A DNA stretch of 63,030 bases, filler included, from Phoronis australis (Eukaryota > Animalia > Phoronida): NCBI GenBank assembly GCA_002633005.1. It is 6 parts of 6 records of this genome, joined end to end, with 100 filler letters (N's around TTAATTAATTAA, not from the genome) between each part and the next. Parts side by side here need not be neighbours in the genome. Positions count along the whole stretch, not along the records: positions 46,044 to 52,500 come from NMRA01002161.1; positions 52,601 to 63,030 come from NMRA01000641.1; 4 more parts are not named here. One strand, 5' to 3'. The notes under the pieces are model-generated. The model was given only the letters and a program-made list of their open reading frames with translations, searched no databases and was not told the origin of the DNA. The translations under genes were made by a program, and so were the position numbers. Shown in pieces: positions 49,982 through 62,320 of the stretch; position 1 is the stretch's first letter, and each line of letters starts with the position of its first letter.

Positions 49982-51807
49982 AGCCTTTGGATAGCCGTCT
50001 AGTCGTATCCATACATTCAAAATCCCCAGCAAGCAGACAATTGAATGAAAATAAGTGAAGTCAAGGTGATACGCAAATGTGAAGTCCAGGAGATACGCAA
50101 ATGAAAACAGATTTCTATTTTCTGCCGTATCGACCCAAAATAAAAATTCCTATTGCACACAAATGAGAATGGCATCGTAGCACTGTTAAGTGAATTTACG
50201 TCTTTTGCTTTTCCCCCTTTTCTGCGTCCCCGATGCATGTTTCCGTTGCTCACGATCAACGCACGAGCAATAAATCTATACTATTTACGGTACAAAACTG
50301 TTGCTCGTAAATCCATCAATAAATTTTCATCATGCGGTTTTAATTTCCCCTGGCGCAAAACGTGTTATCTAAACAATTCAGCCTGTTGAGCGAATGTAGC
50401 TGTCAAGTGTTTTCTCGAAGTGGGGTTGTGTTGACAATTGACGGAGTTTGAATTTGCATCTGTGATTCTAGTATGTTGCATAGTCACGACATTTTTAAAA
50501 TAAAATATTTTCAATTTTTTGATTTAAAAACATTTCAAATGGAACCTGTGTCGTCACACCAAACCCTCAATAACGAATACATACATGTAACTCCGTTTAA
50601 TCATTCCGAAAACGCACAATGTACATTGTATTTCCGGGGGTGGGGGGGGGACTCAACCGACTTTCTTTATGGGTATGCAATGGGGGAGCCATAGCACGAT
50701 TAAACTGGACCTATTTGTAGGAAACCTAAGTCTACTAGTGACAAACTGAATTGGAAAATGTACATCTCCGTGGGCGGTGGACCATAGGGGGCTGCGGGAG
50801 GGGGGGGGGGGAGCCGTAGCCCCCACTTATTTCAGTGATGCGGCGCCGCCCATGATCTTCGCCTGTAATCAGCTGGCTGTTATTGAAAAATCCGCCTCAG
50901 CGTTCACTCCGTGTACACCAACCATATATACGCAGTACTCTCCAGGAGTCGGTGACAAAATTTCAAAAGTCCCTAATCGTCATGATCTATCATTCTGATT
51001 ATTGTTATTATTGAGAAATCTTATAACCACTTCTTTACACTTTCTCACATCAGACGTGCTATGTGTTGACCTTATCTAAAGCCTTTCAACGACTTCACTT
51101 CTGTAAGAGCTGTCGATGACACACACATCCGACTTCTTGCCGAATGTTTATTTATTTTTCTTGTAACTAAGTGGACGCTAATCGTGGTACGGAATATGGA
51201 AAAAGTGAAAGTATAAACAACAATTGTTTGACAAGACCTCGCCAAGAAAAATGACTTTAAGGTCTTTGCGTGGAGCAGATCACGATTGTCTGGGAATGAC
51301 CATTCCAGACCTCTGGGTCCTCACGCAGGCCGCCGTTTATCGGTGCGAGGGATGTAAAGAAGATCTGGGGAGTTCGAGATATATTGTCGAGGTTATACAG
51401 GACCTTTTTCAGACTTATGGGTGTATTTAGGCAAATACAGTATTGGAAAGTAGAAAGTAGAAAGCCTGTAAAATTTGATTTTTGACTTTATACCAATCTG
51501 CTACTAATTGGGTCACGTGACCATGACTTTTTAGTAAAAGTTAGAAAAAAAACTATAAGGTACATCCATAGAAAACAACGGTACCTATAACCATGCCAAA
51601 TTTCGTTCGATCTAAATGTTCACGATGAATTCTCCAAAGTGCTGTTGCAGTTTTCTAAATTATCATTTCGTTTTCGTTTTCTGCAACTTTCGAGTTTTGT
51701 CATAAACATCATTAAAGTGCTATTTTGACCATTTTCGAGGGTCCTACATAACCTTAAAGGTGGAACGAATTTGTGTTATTTCTATGGTGTCATTTTACAA
51801 TAGGCAC

Positions 51808-51965
51808 CAGGGGCGGATCCAGGATTTTGTGTTGTTGGGGAGGGGGCAGGGCAGAGTATTATCCAGGATTTTGCCCTTCAGAATTCTTACCTCTAAATTG
51901 CCAAATGGAATCTGGGAAAATTTTAGGAGGGGGGGGGGGCATGGCTCCCTTCTAAATCCGCCACG
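51808..51965. mobile_element. Short MITE, inverted sister of 27537-27694
   Basis: CAGGGGCGGATCCAGGATTTTG...CTAAATCCGCCAC. Confidence 0.75.
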
Positions 51966-52215
51966 AGGCAACCTCAGGACTTCCTCAATGAGTAATCGCA
52001 ATGGGCAATCGCAACTGCAGTAAAAGACCTGTGAAAGAGAACTTTCTATGTCAGTTGATCTGAGGATACTATTGAAAAGCACAAAGGACCCATGTTTGTT
52101 AAAACTAGATAAAGAACAGGGACTGGTGATTACTTAGGAACTTTTCCATTATATCCCTAAACATTCATCCAATTGTCAAACAAGTATTTTACCTGATCTA
52201 TCAGACATTGGAATA

Positions 52216-52413
52216 GTGGACCAATGTTTTAATGGAGTGGACCAATGTTTGAATAGAGCGGACCAATGTTTTAATGGAGTGGAAAAATGTATTAATGGAG
52301 TGGGCCAATGCTTTAATGGAGTGGACCAATGTTTTAATGAAGTGGACCAATGTTTTAATAGAGTGGACCAATGTTTTAATAGAGTGGACCAATGTTTTAA
52401 TGGAGTGGACCAA
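52216..52413. repeat. 21-bp minisatellite (GTGGACCAATGTTTTAATGGA) x~9
   Basis: Direct tandem copies. Confidence 0.95.
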
Positions 52414-52600
52414 TCATGATGCTTCAATTCCCTTGGAAAAGAAGACTCACTAGAAAGAAAATGCGTGTAGAATGTTCACAAATTTCATAAAACAAATTAT
52501 NNNNNNNNNNNNNNNNNNNNNNNNNNNNNNNNNNNNNNNNNNNNTTAATTAATTAANNNNNNNNNNNNNNNNNNNNNNNNNNNNNNNNNNNNNNNNNNNN

Positions 52601-55600
52601 AGGTTGTCATTTTCACTTTGGCTGTCTTATGGGATAAAAACTAGGCGCACATATCTAAGTCACGATTGTCTTGCCGGGACCGCTTGCACGCTAACAACGG
52701 GACCGACCAGTGCCGCAGTGCGATATCAGAGATATTGTCGTGGATATTTGGTAAAGGTAATAAGGACATCTTAAGCGAAAAACAAACATATTTGTCCACC
52801 ACAAAGTTTGATAAGTTGATCGCTTAAGAATTAATAGAAACACCACTGTTTTGTGAGGTTTTATCACGTGTTATGTGGCCCGAAACTTTCTTCGGCAAAT
52901 CCGGAAATTTGCATAAAACAGCTTATTATTTAAAATGACTTATTCTTATTAAAATGACATAGGCAAAAAATTGAATTTCGGACCTCAAAAGCGAGGCCTC
53001 CTATATTAATATAGGGGGCCTCGCTGAAAGGAGGCCGGAGAGCGGGGCCCCAAAGAGCGCATCGCAATTTTAACAGCAGAATGACTGAAGAACGCCAATT
53101 TTCCAACACTCCGGTAAATAACTTAGTTTACTCAAGGAAGAGTAAAAAATTTTAATGAGGCATCATTAATTTTGGCGCCGACAGGCTCGACACGACAGAA
53201 GCCGGGGGGAGTGAAAGTAAGCCGACGAAGTGATGTCACCCAAGACTTTGAGTCGACCAACTGAAGTCACCAAGGCTAGTGCGAAACTGGCCACCCTCCC
53301 TCTGCGTCCGCGAAAAAATGGCCCGCAAGAAAAAAAAGAACACCACAAATCCAAATAGTTGGCCGGTGCAATACCTGACACCAACATGGTGCCTAAACTG
53401 GCGCAACGAAGGTCTGTAGTGGAGTGGGGCAAACGGAGTTAGTGCAAACGATGCATTTTATATAATAGATAGTTCACATGTCAAAACTTAATGAATCATT
53501 GCTTAATCGACATTTATTGACACCCGCAATATTATGAAACCAAACAAAATATTGGCTTACATGTAAGTATGGAATTGGCAAAATAAATAAAATGCATACA
53601 TTGTTCTTTCTAGTAAGAAAAAAAATGTTAAAGGAAAGGGGAATGCTCAAAATTGTGAAAGGTCAAGTCATGGGGTGTATCNAAGGCTAGTACGAAACTG
53701 GCCACCCTCCCTCTGCCTCCTCGAAAAAATGGCCCGCAAGAAAAAAAGAACACCTCAAATCCAAATAGTTAGCCGGTGCAATACCTGACACCAACATGGT
53801 GCCGAAACAGGCGCAACGAAGTTCTGTAGTGGAGCGGGGCAGACGGAGTTTGTGCAAACGATGCATTTTATATAGGATAGTTCACATATCAAAACTTAAT
53901 GAATCATTGCTTAATCGACATTTATTGATACCCGCAATATTATAAAACCAAACAAAATATTGGCTTACATGTAAGTATGAAATTGGCACAACAAATAAAA
54001 TGCATCCATTGCTTTCTAGTAAGAAGAAAAAATGTTAAAGGAAAGGGGAATGCTCAAAATTGTGAAAGGTCAAGTCATGGGGTGTATCACTGGACAACAA
54101 TCATTTGTCTTTCAAACAAGATATTTTGTACAACAATGAGACAACTATCAACAAGCTGATCGATAAGTGATTTTTTGCAAAATATAATACATGTTTTGTC
54201 CCCTTGTGTGGCACTTTGCTCTTCGGCAGCCTTTAAGACTCTGTGGCCCCCTTCAAGTGGGCTGCCTATANATTTTTTTGCAAAATATAATACATGTTTT
54301 GTCTCCTTGTGTGGCACTTTGCTCTTCGGCAGCCTATAAGACTCTGTGCCCCCCTTCAAGTGGGCTGCCTATATTAAAATTGACGGCCTCGCTCGTCGGG
54401 CGAGGTAACTCATATTAATATAGGAAGCCCGGTCTCCAGCTGCCTTCCGGCGCTTACTAGGGCTAATACGGTGTCTATAAATGAGACCAAGAAAGCAACT
54501 TGGATTTGGTGGACAGAAAGTCGTAACTAAATAGCTGTCCATTAATTTAAAAGCAGCCATTGACAACCCCTCCCATTGTTTGATTAGGTTAATTTACCTA
54601 ATTACATGGCGAATCATTGTATCTGCCATCATCTGAAACTTCATCAAGTTTTTTTGTCTGCACTCTACATACAGGTTGCACTATTTGCCCCAATTGGCAC
54701 AAGATTCACCCACAATTTCTAGTCCCCCGAAGTGCTAGAAGCCTATGGTCGTTCATCATGATCAGATTCAAGATGGCGGACGTGTTGGCTATTTTGTTTT
54801 CGAAGTCAAATTCAAATGCTCAAAGAGGTCGCATTTCTATGCGCCCACATACCTATATGTGGGTGCAAATTGCCTGCATCTCTGTCTGGGCGTCCAGCGT
54901 CCGCAGCTGTATCTCCTGAACCCCTCAAAGTATCTTCAGCAAATTTGACAGGTGGGTTCATATGAAGATGACGACAGAAGAGGACGAATTTCGGACGGAT
55001 CTGACAACCATTGTGCACCCTAGTGGCAATTATTTTTTTACATTTACCTCTGTATCTTTAAAGGTCGTCTACAGATTTTTGTGAAACTTGGCATATAGGC
55101 ACCTGTTAGTAGGATGATGCTATATTCCTGTTTTCGGAAGGAGTGTAGGTATTTTGCGCCACCTAATAACCATTTTCACTGTTTTTTGGCATCCGCCTCT
55201 CTATCAACCAAACCGCTCTTAAAGATGATTGTAAAAATTGGCATGCATGTATTTTCTTACTATGAAGAGAAAGCCTGACGATGATTTTCTGATTAATCTG
55301 GCTACTGTGGCACCTCCTAGTGGCAGTTTATTGGAGACATGATGCTATCTCCCTATTTTCCGATTTATTTGAGACATTTTGCGCCACCTAGTGGCCATTT
55401 ATGTTTTTTCCAATCGTTTTTTTGGCATCTGCTCCTCTATCAACTAAACCATTCTATGGATTATTGTGAAAATGGATATATCTGTTCTCAGTTTGAAGAG
55501 TATGGCTGACGATGACGACTAACTACTGTGGCGCCTCCTAGCTTTTTTGCGCCTATAGCTGTATGTCCTAAGCCTACTGCAGGATCTTAATTAAATTTAG

Positions 55601-55991
55601 CAAGTGTATTTATATCATGTTGAGAACAGATATTGACAACTTTCAGGTGCATTGCCCCCTAGTGGCCATTCCATTTTTTCCGGTCTTCCTTTGTTTCTCT
55701 ATAGTTTCTTGACAGATTTTTATGGAAATTGGTAAATACTTTCTATTAAAGAAACGATGTTTCTGTTTTCGGATGGAGTTGACATGTTTTGCGCCATCTG
55801 GTGGCCATTTTTATGATACAAATAGATGTCACAAGAAGCATGCTGTTTGTGATGCCCAATTGCTTCAAAATTTTTTGCTCTCCAGCCTCCTTTCGGCGGA
55901 GCCCTCTATATTAATATAGGAAGCCCCGCTCTCCGGCCTCCTTTCAGCGGGGCCCCCTACATTAATATAGCAGCTCGTTATGACGAGCCCT
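52601..55991 (-). mobile_element. Family A copy interrupted by nested elements
   Basis: 52601-52912 matches the reverse complement of ~62660-62960; terminus GCAGCTCGTTATGACGAGCCCTG at 55969-55991. Confidence 0.65.
54833..55880 (+). mobile_element. HINE-like copy
   Basis: ATGCGCCCACATACCTATATGTGGGTGCA hairpin; homologous internal units. Confidence 0.72.
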
Positions 55992-56134
55992 GAAAAGGAC
56001 ATTGATGTGGTCATTTGGAACGGAAATTAATGAAAATTAATTACACTGTCTTGTCAATTCTAACAATACCTTCTCAATTTTGTCAGAGTTTAAAGAGAAT
56101 AGGAGGCGACTACAATAACTAAGATACTACCATA

Positions 56135-57721
56135 CCATATTCGCCCTAATAAGCGCCCATGCCTCTATAAGCACCCCCCCCCCACACATTTTCAGACTTA
56201 GCAAAAATAAGCGCAGAAGTCCATGAATGCCATGTACATTCTACAGCAACATCTTCAATTTATCATTAAGATCTGACAATCCTGAAAAAATCATTGTGTG
56301 CGGAATTTGTAGACCACGAGCCTCACCGCTGTGTCAGTATTTAGCCGTGACTATACCCTTCAAACTTCCTCTGTACTTCAAATAGAACGCAAGTTTTGCT
56401 GATCTTGCGAGGGACGTGTCCTATTATGGTCTGGCCTTTTAGAACAGACGCAGCATACTTGTCAAAGGGATAGTATTTGTACTCTTTCCCGTACAGATCT
56501 TCTCCCTCAACAGGAATCCAAAGTCCAGTCTTTGTACACATGAAAACCGCGAATCGAAGAATAATAAAAACACGACTTTTGTTTATTTAAAAGCACGTAG
56601 CCAAAAAGCGCGCTACCAAATACATGTCATTGAACATTAGTCTTCGGGAACTATCTATTCATGAAGCGGGTAGCATAGCATCGGCAAGAAACAAATACTG
56701 GCACTTACTTCCGAAAGTTTCTAATACTGTAAAAAGTGTTTGCGTTATTTTTAAAGGGGAATTATTAAATTAGTCCTAAATGGTGTTTTTAAAGTCAAAA
56801 TGGCCCACTGATAATGAACATTTGCACACCCTTAAACCACCCAAATCTCCCAAAAAATAACAGTTAATACTGTCACGCATCCAGTCACCTGACGACTCAA
56901 TGACATCGGCCTTACCTAGACAATTCTCGAACGTTTTTTAGCAGATGAGATCAACAAGTGCTAAATAAAACACATAGATGTTGGAATGCCGTGCAGTTAC
57001 CAACGTAGCACACCCTTGACAAAGAGCACAACGCTCGAAACGTGGGGATATTTTAATTTATTTTAGTACCAACGCTCATCGTTTTATTTTTACTATTTTT
57101 ACTTTAAATCAGACACGTACTGCTTGTGTTAATTTCCATGGTTACAATGCATACCTAGATCATTACATCACGTTTACCTTGGCAAATGAATGCTGATGAA
57201 ATGCAGACGCTCGATCACTCACACAATACGCATACCAACTTCAAAACAAACATCACGTGACAACAATTGTGTTTTTGTCCAGAGATTTTTCTTGTGTTGC
57301 GGAGTACGATCTGGCGCAGATTTGGACTTAATATGCAGTTAATCCCGACTCCACAGGAACTTGGGGAAGCTATTTTGAAAACTTAAGGAGGACTTCAGGT
57401 AATTTGTTGAGTCAAAACTATATTTTTACTCAAGAATTCAAGTTAACCTATCAGCAATCGCAAGGCAGCGACGAATCAGTCGGCGAGTTTTTGCCTGGGA
57501 TTTTAAGAAAAATGCTCGTAATTTAACAACAAAGTTTGATAGCAATGCACTGCAATTTTGTAGAAACTCTGTCATAGGTTAGAGATGGGTCACAAAGCGT
57601 AAATTTGGTGAATTCCAGCTTACGATTTTACCTCTTTAGGAGACTGGATTTCAACCACTTTTGGGCTATAATAAGCGCCCCTTTTCTGAAGTGCCCTAGG
57701 CGTTTATTTGGGCGAATACGG
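56135..57721. mobile_element. Non-autonomous Tc1/mariner(pogo)-type element with a decayed HIRAN-like coding remnant (- strand, ~56300-56570)
   Basis: TA|CCATATTCGCCCTAATAAGCGCC...GGCGTTTATTTGGGCGAATACGG; IRGFHVYK, FDKYAASVLKGQTIIGHVPRKISKTC. Confidence 0.75.
57013..57047 (+). ncRNA. Variant minimal hammerhead motif (U3-A8 core), probably inactive
   Basis: CCC-UUGACAA-A-GAGC(acaac)GCUC-GAAAC-GUG-GGG. Confidence 0.5.
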
Positions 57722-58039
57722 GTTGAAGACCATTTAAAACTTAGACTTCGTAATTAATGACAATTAAGGGTTCCCCAGCCAATTTTTTGACAACTTGGTT
57801 CCAGAGTCTATTTTAACATTTAAGTTAACACTAACGCATCACCTCCACAGAGATTGTAACTTACTACATGTGGTATTTTCAGACAAACAAAGCATGACAA
57901 TTTTTTTGTAATATCGGGCATTTAAAGCAATGCGCGGACTCACAGAATGTCATCCATTTCTACGTGTTGTTTGGCAATTCTACTTCAGCCATCTCATAGA
58001 CAAGACCAGTAACTGGCCATTTTAAGCTCACAAGCATTG

Positions 58040-59950
58040 CAGGGTTTCCCCTGGGTATTGAAAGGAGCATGTTGGTAAATGGTCAAAACGGGGTGCAAAG
58101 CCCGTTGCTGTACGCGAATATGAGAAGTGGGATCCCCGTATTGTTTGAGTACCGAAAGGAGCGTGGTGGTGAATGCTCGACACGGATGTGGACCCCGGCG
58201 CCACATGCGAGCATGGGATGAAGTGAGATCCTACCATCGGGGGGGAGGGGGGGTAATTGGTTGCAGTTTGTCTATCATAGACAAGACCCTAACCCGAGCA
58301 TCATCTGGTAGAAGCATCTGGGTAAAGGACACTCTGCAAGAGAAATTGGCAATGTTCAAAGTGTCCGCCATAGTGTGATCTCTATCGCACTTGACTCTTG
58401 AGTACAAAAAACAGTGTCAAAATTCAATTATCCACGAAGTGACAAACATAGAACAAAAAATATGTGAATTTTGTAGACGTATATCCACGAAGTGACAAAC
58501 ATAGAACAAAAAATATGTGAATTTTGTAGACGTATTAAACTAATTCGTGTAACTTCCTCTGATATCGTCTTGCTAAACATAAATCAGTGATAGTGGACTG
58601 GCGTTGGCTGGCGTAGCAGACGATGTATAATCCAGTCCATGCAGACGAATCCGAGACTGCTTAACATTCAATATCATCATTTTGGCGTGGGGCTATGGTT
58701 GATTAAACAGTTGGATGTCACGCCCTGCAGTATAATTCACAATGTCGTTTGTAAACTCGGACACGATAAAATGAATGAAGCAGAAATCTCACTGTTTCTT
58801 ACTTCATTAGCAAGCCCTGGCACTTTCTCCTTTTAGAAAATTCGTATCAAGGTCGTTGCCTGGTCCTCGGCTGTATTAAGTTTATATGCATTGTCGGATA
58901 ACCAGGCAGAAACAAGGTACGATAGGGGATTGGGAATTGTGTTTAGGAGGCACAGAACAGCTCTCATTGGGTTTTGCCCAGCCTCACTTGATTTGTCACC
59001 TTTTCTTCACTCTGTCAAAAACAGGATGCAATGAATGACATGTTTTCAGTTATTTCACATAAAAAGCCCTGCAGATGAGCGCAGAAACTTTATTCTCTCT
59101 TGTATTTTTGACCCTTTCAATCCCAGTGAAAACCAAGCTAGACTAAGAAAAATAGGGGCAAAAAAGTGCAAAATCAGAACTTTTTACCCGAAAAACACCA
59201 CTTCCCTGCTGATGCACGACTAAAACCAACAATAGATTCTGAAAGCAAATTTCCTACAGATTCCGAAAATGTGGTCCAAAAGTACTGTCAAGTAACTAGC
59301 TTTTTGGCAATTCTGGCTTGTTTGAGGGCTACCTAAAATCACAGCCCATTTCTCAGTCGCTACCCAGCAATGCACAATTGCAACCGAGGGCCGCCATCTT
59401 GAAGAAGAGCGCAGCTACAGCCGAGAAAGTGGCCTTTTTTATTCTCAGCATGTTCACAAATACAAACAAACCACATTCACTCAGCCTACATGCAATGCCC
59501 ACCTACAAAAAGGCCCCCAAACTTGGCCTACCCTAAAATTTTAATATTTTGGGAGTGCAAATTGGCCGCAGCCACAGCCTAACTATTCAGTGCCACCTTA
59601 ACAGAGGCACAATTCAAGATACCATTGTAAAATTATTATTTTTCCTTTTCGATACACAAAAGGCAAAAGGTGCCGTGTGACTTGTACTTATTCATTATTA
59701 ATAGCGATCATTTTACTAGCCATCGCTTTTAATAGCTATCATTTTTACTAGCGATCATTTTTACTAGCGATCATTTTTACTAGCGATCATTTTTACTAGC
59801 GATCATTTTTACTAGCGATTTTTGCGTGGTTGTGAAGTTTCCCCGTCACAATTAGGTGTGTGGCGGTCAATTTGAGTATGATTTATGAAAGGCGTTACCA
59901 AAAAGGAGCGTGGCGGGCCGCCCAGGCGTTTACCCGCAGGGGAAACCCTG
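58040..59950. mobile_element. Non-autonomous DNA transposon, TIR CAGGGTTTCCCCTG
   Basis: 14-bp perfect TIRs; flanks CATTG/TATTG; AAAGGAGCGTGG subterminal motif near both ends. Confidence 0.75.
59702..59820. repeat. 17-bp minisatellite (TAGCGATCATTTTTAC-type)
   Basis: Direct tandem copies. Confidence 0.9.
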
Positions 59951-61743
59951 TATTGCTCCCTGTAGTGGGAATGATTAAGATAGTGATCATACCTCTGCAC
60001 TGTAAGGAATTAGTACGGCATGCAAACATCAACATTGCTGTGACACTTGAAAATAGCATGAAGGTAATAATGTTCAACTAAACTCAAATGAGGTAAAAAA
60101 GTAAAACAATCATAGACACTTGCTACTTTATTGCTAGTTTTATGCAAAATTTTGACCAAAAACTCAGCGAAAATTTGGGAGAAACGCCCATAGTGGCAAT
60201 TTTAAGACCTACTTTTCCAGCCTATTTCTTGATTGCAGACAGAAATATCAAATTTCGATCAGAATTTTTTGTTCAAAATTGTAGACCTGGAAATTTTGGT
60301 GACTGACTGAATTCCCTACATAGTTCTCAATAATGTTCAATGTATAGGAATTATACGTTTACATCTGTCAACTGCCAAAAGTTTTCCCACTATCAAAGGC
60401 TGGGCAGGTGTATTTCTCAGTGTTTGGTTTATGGGGTTGAAAATATGAAAATCAATACCCAGATAAGATTTTTAGCACTAAGATATCTATGCCCAACATA
60501 TAAAACAAAAAAAAATAAAAACACTCAAGGCAAAACTCACAGTGCCTAAACAGCAACTTACAATTTTGGCTTCATAATCTGGGTCATCTTTGTTTGGTCC
60601 TTTTCCTCTGGGAGGAGTCTTTAGAAGAACAGTTGGGCCAGGCACACACTGGAAATGTACAAATTGTAAGTATATTATAAAGCCTTCTGAACCAATGGCC
60701 GCCAGGGTGTGCAGCCACGGTAAAACCATGGTTGTTGCAGCATGTTGATAAACTGACATAAAATGAAAGGCATTAGAAACTCGGCCCATTTCATGGCACC
60801 TTGTACATTGTCAATAGATTGGTGTAACAGGCCCTGCTGTGCTGTCATCAAGACCTGTTTATGTGGAAATCTGATCAAAAGTCCTATTGTGGGGAACTGA
60901 GCAATTACCAAATTAGCAATGGCTTTACGGCAATAAAACAACGATTCAAGTTTGATATATCGGGGCCTAAAACTTCCCTACAAAAAGTTAAATTAATCCC
61001 AATTTAACTTTTTACCAGTAAGTTTTCCCCTAAAAACACACAATAAAAATTTGACAAAATAGATGGGTAACCATTGATGAATGATTTTAGTAACTGTTTG
61101 AATGGTGGTAGATATTGGCCAGGGATTAATGATTCTAGACAATAGATCACAAGAAAACTTAACTACAGCCTAGACTGATATCTGGACTAGCCTGGATTTA
61201 GAAACTGTTGTCGTCTGGAGTTGGAATCAAGCGAAAAGTTTCTTGTAACGATTATGTTTAAATCTATGGAGCATTGTTTAAATCTATCGAGCAGAGTTTA
61301 AATTTATAGAGAACGGTTTAATTATATGGGGCATGTTTAAATCTATGGAACACGGTCTTAAGTCAATACCATTAAATGGACAGCTGGAAGGTCACTAACC
61401 TGGAACTTCAACAAGATTATTGTGTATTCATGCATCATATCAAGACGTTCAAATACTTTATTTCAAATATTTGGGATATTTATTTCAAATTACAGGACAA
61501 TGAATACTTTGGTCCAAGGTAAAACCATTTTTTCCACAATGAAGCCCATTTATTAAAATAGTTTTAAGAATACCTTAAAGAGTTCCCACCACGCATTTCC
61601 TTATTTTTTGAGGTTTCAGCTAATATGAAATGGAAACCATAACATCTAACTAAATAAGCACTCTTTATGCCAAATAGTCGCAAATTTCTTAATTTTGAAA
61701 AAAAATTAGTTATTTCCAAGTTTCCCGCAAAATGATATTCCTT

Positions 61744-62320
61744 CTTCGCCCTAATAAGCGGCCATGCCCCAATAAGCGCCCCCTCTCGCATTTTCAGAAG
61801 TCCATAAACGCCGCCATACTTGCGAAAAATGCCTTACCTACAGTTGAAATTCTACAGTAACGTCTTAAATTTTTCAGTAATATCCGACAGTCCTGAAAAA
61901 ATCATTGTGCGCAGAATTTGTAGACCACGAGCCTCGCCGCTATGTCGATATTAGCCGTGACTATACACTTCAAACTTCCGCCATGCTTCAAAAAGAACGC
62001 AAAAGTTTTGCTGATCTTGCGAGGGACGTGTCCTATTATGGTCGGGCCTTTCAGAACAGACATAGTGTACTTGTCAACGGGATTGTGTTGTATCTTTCCC
62101 GTACAGATCTTCTCCCTCAACAAGAATCTAAATTTCTTTGTATGTCTGAAAAGCGCGAATCGAATAAGTGCCTGTCATCGGGAACTATCTATTCAAGAAA
62201 GGGGTAGTACAGCATCGGCACTTATTTCCAAAAGTTTCTAATACCGTAAAAACCATTTGCGTTATTTTTAGAAGAAATTATTAAATTAATCGTAATTGGT
62301 GTTTCTTAAGTCAAAATGAC
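61744..62320. mobile_element. Second copy of the HIRAN-carrying mariner-type element, truncated by a family A insertion
   Basis: TTCGCCCTAATAAGCG end; NPVDKYTMSVLKGPTIIGHVPRKISKTFAFFLKHGGSLKCIVT on the - strand. Confidence 0.75.

Noticed and set aside
52176-52427. Repetitive ORFs (KHWSTPL)n
   Set aside because: By-product of a 21-bp minisatellite.
53270-54372. ~410-bp and ~100-bp tandem duplications
   Set aside because: Each junction is a single n; probably allelic contig overlaps concatenated by the assembler.
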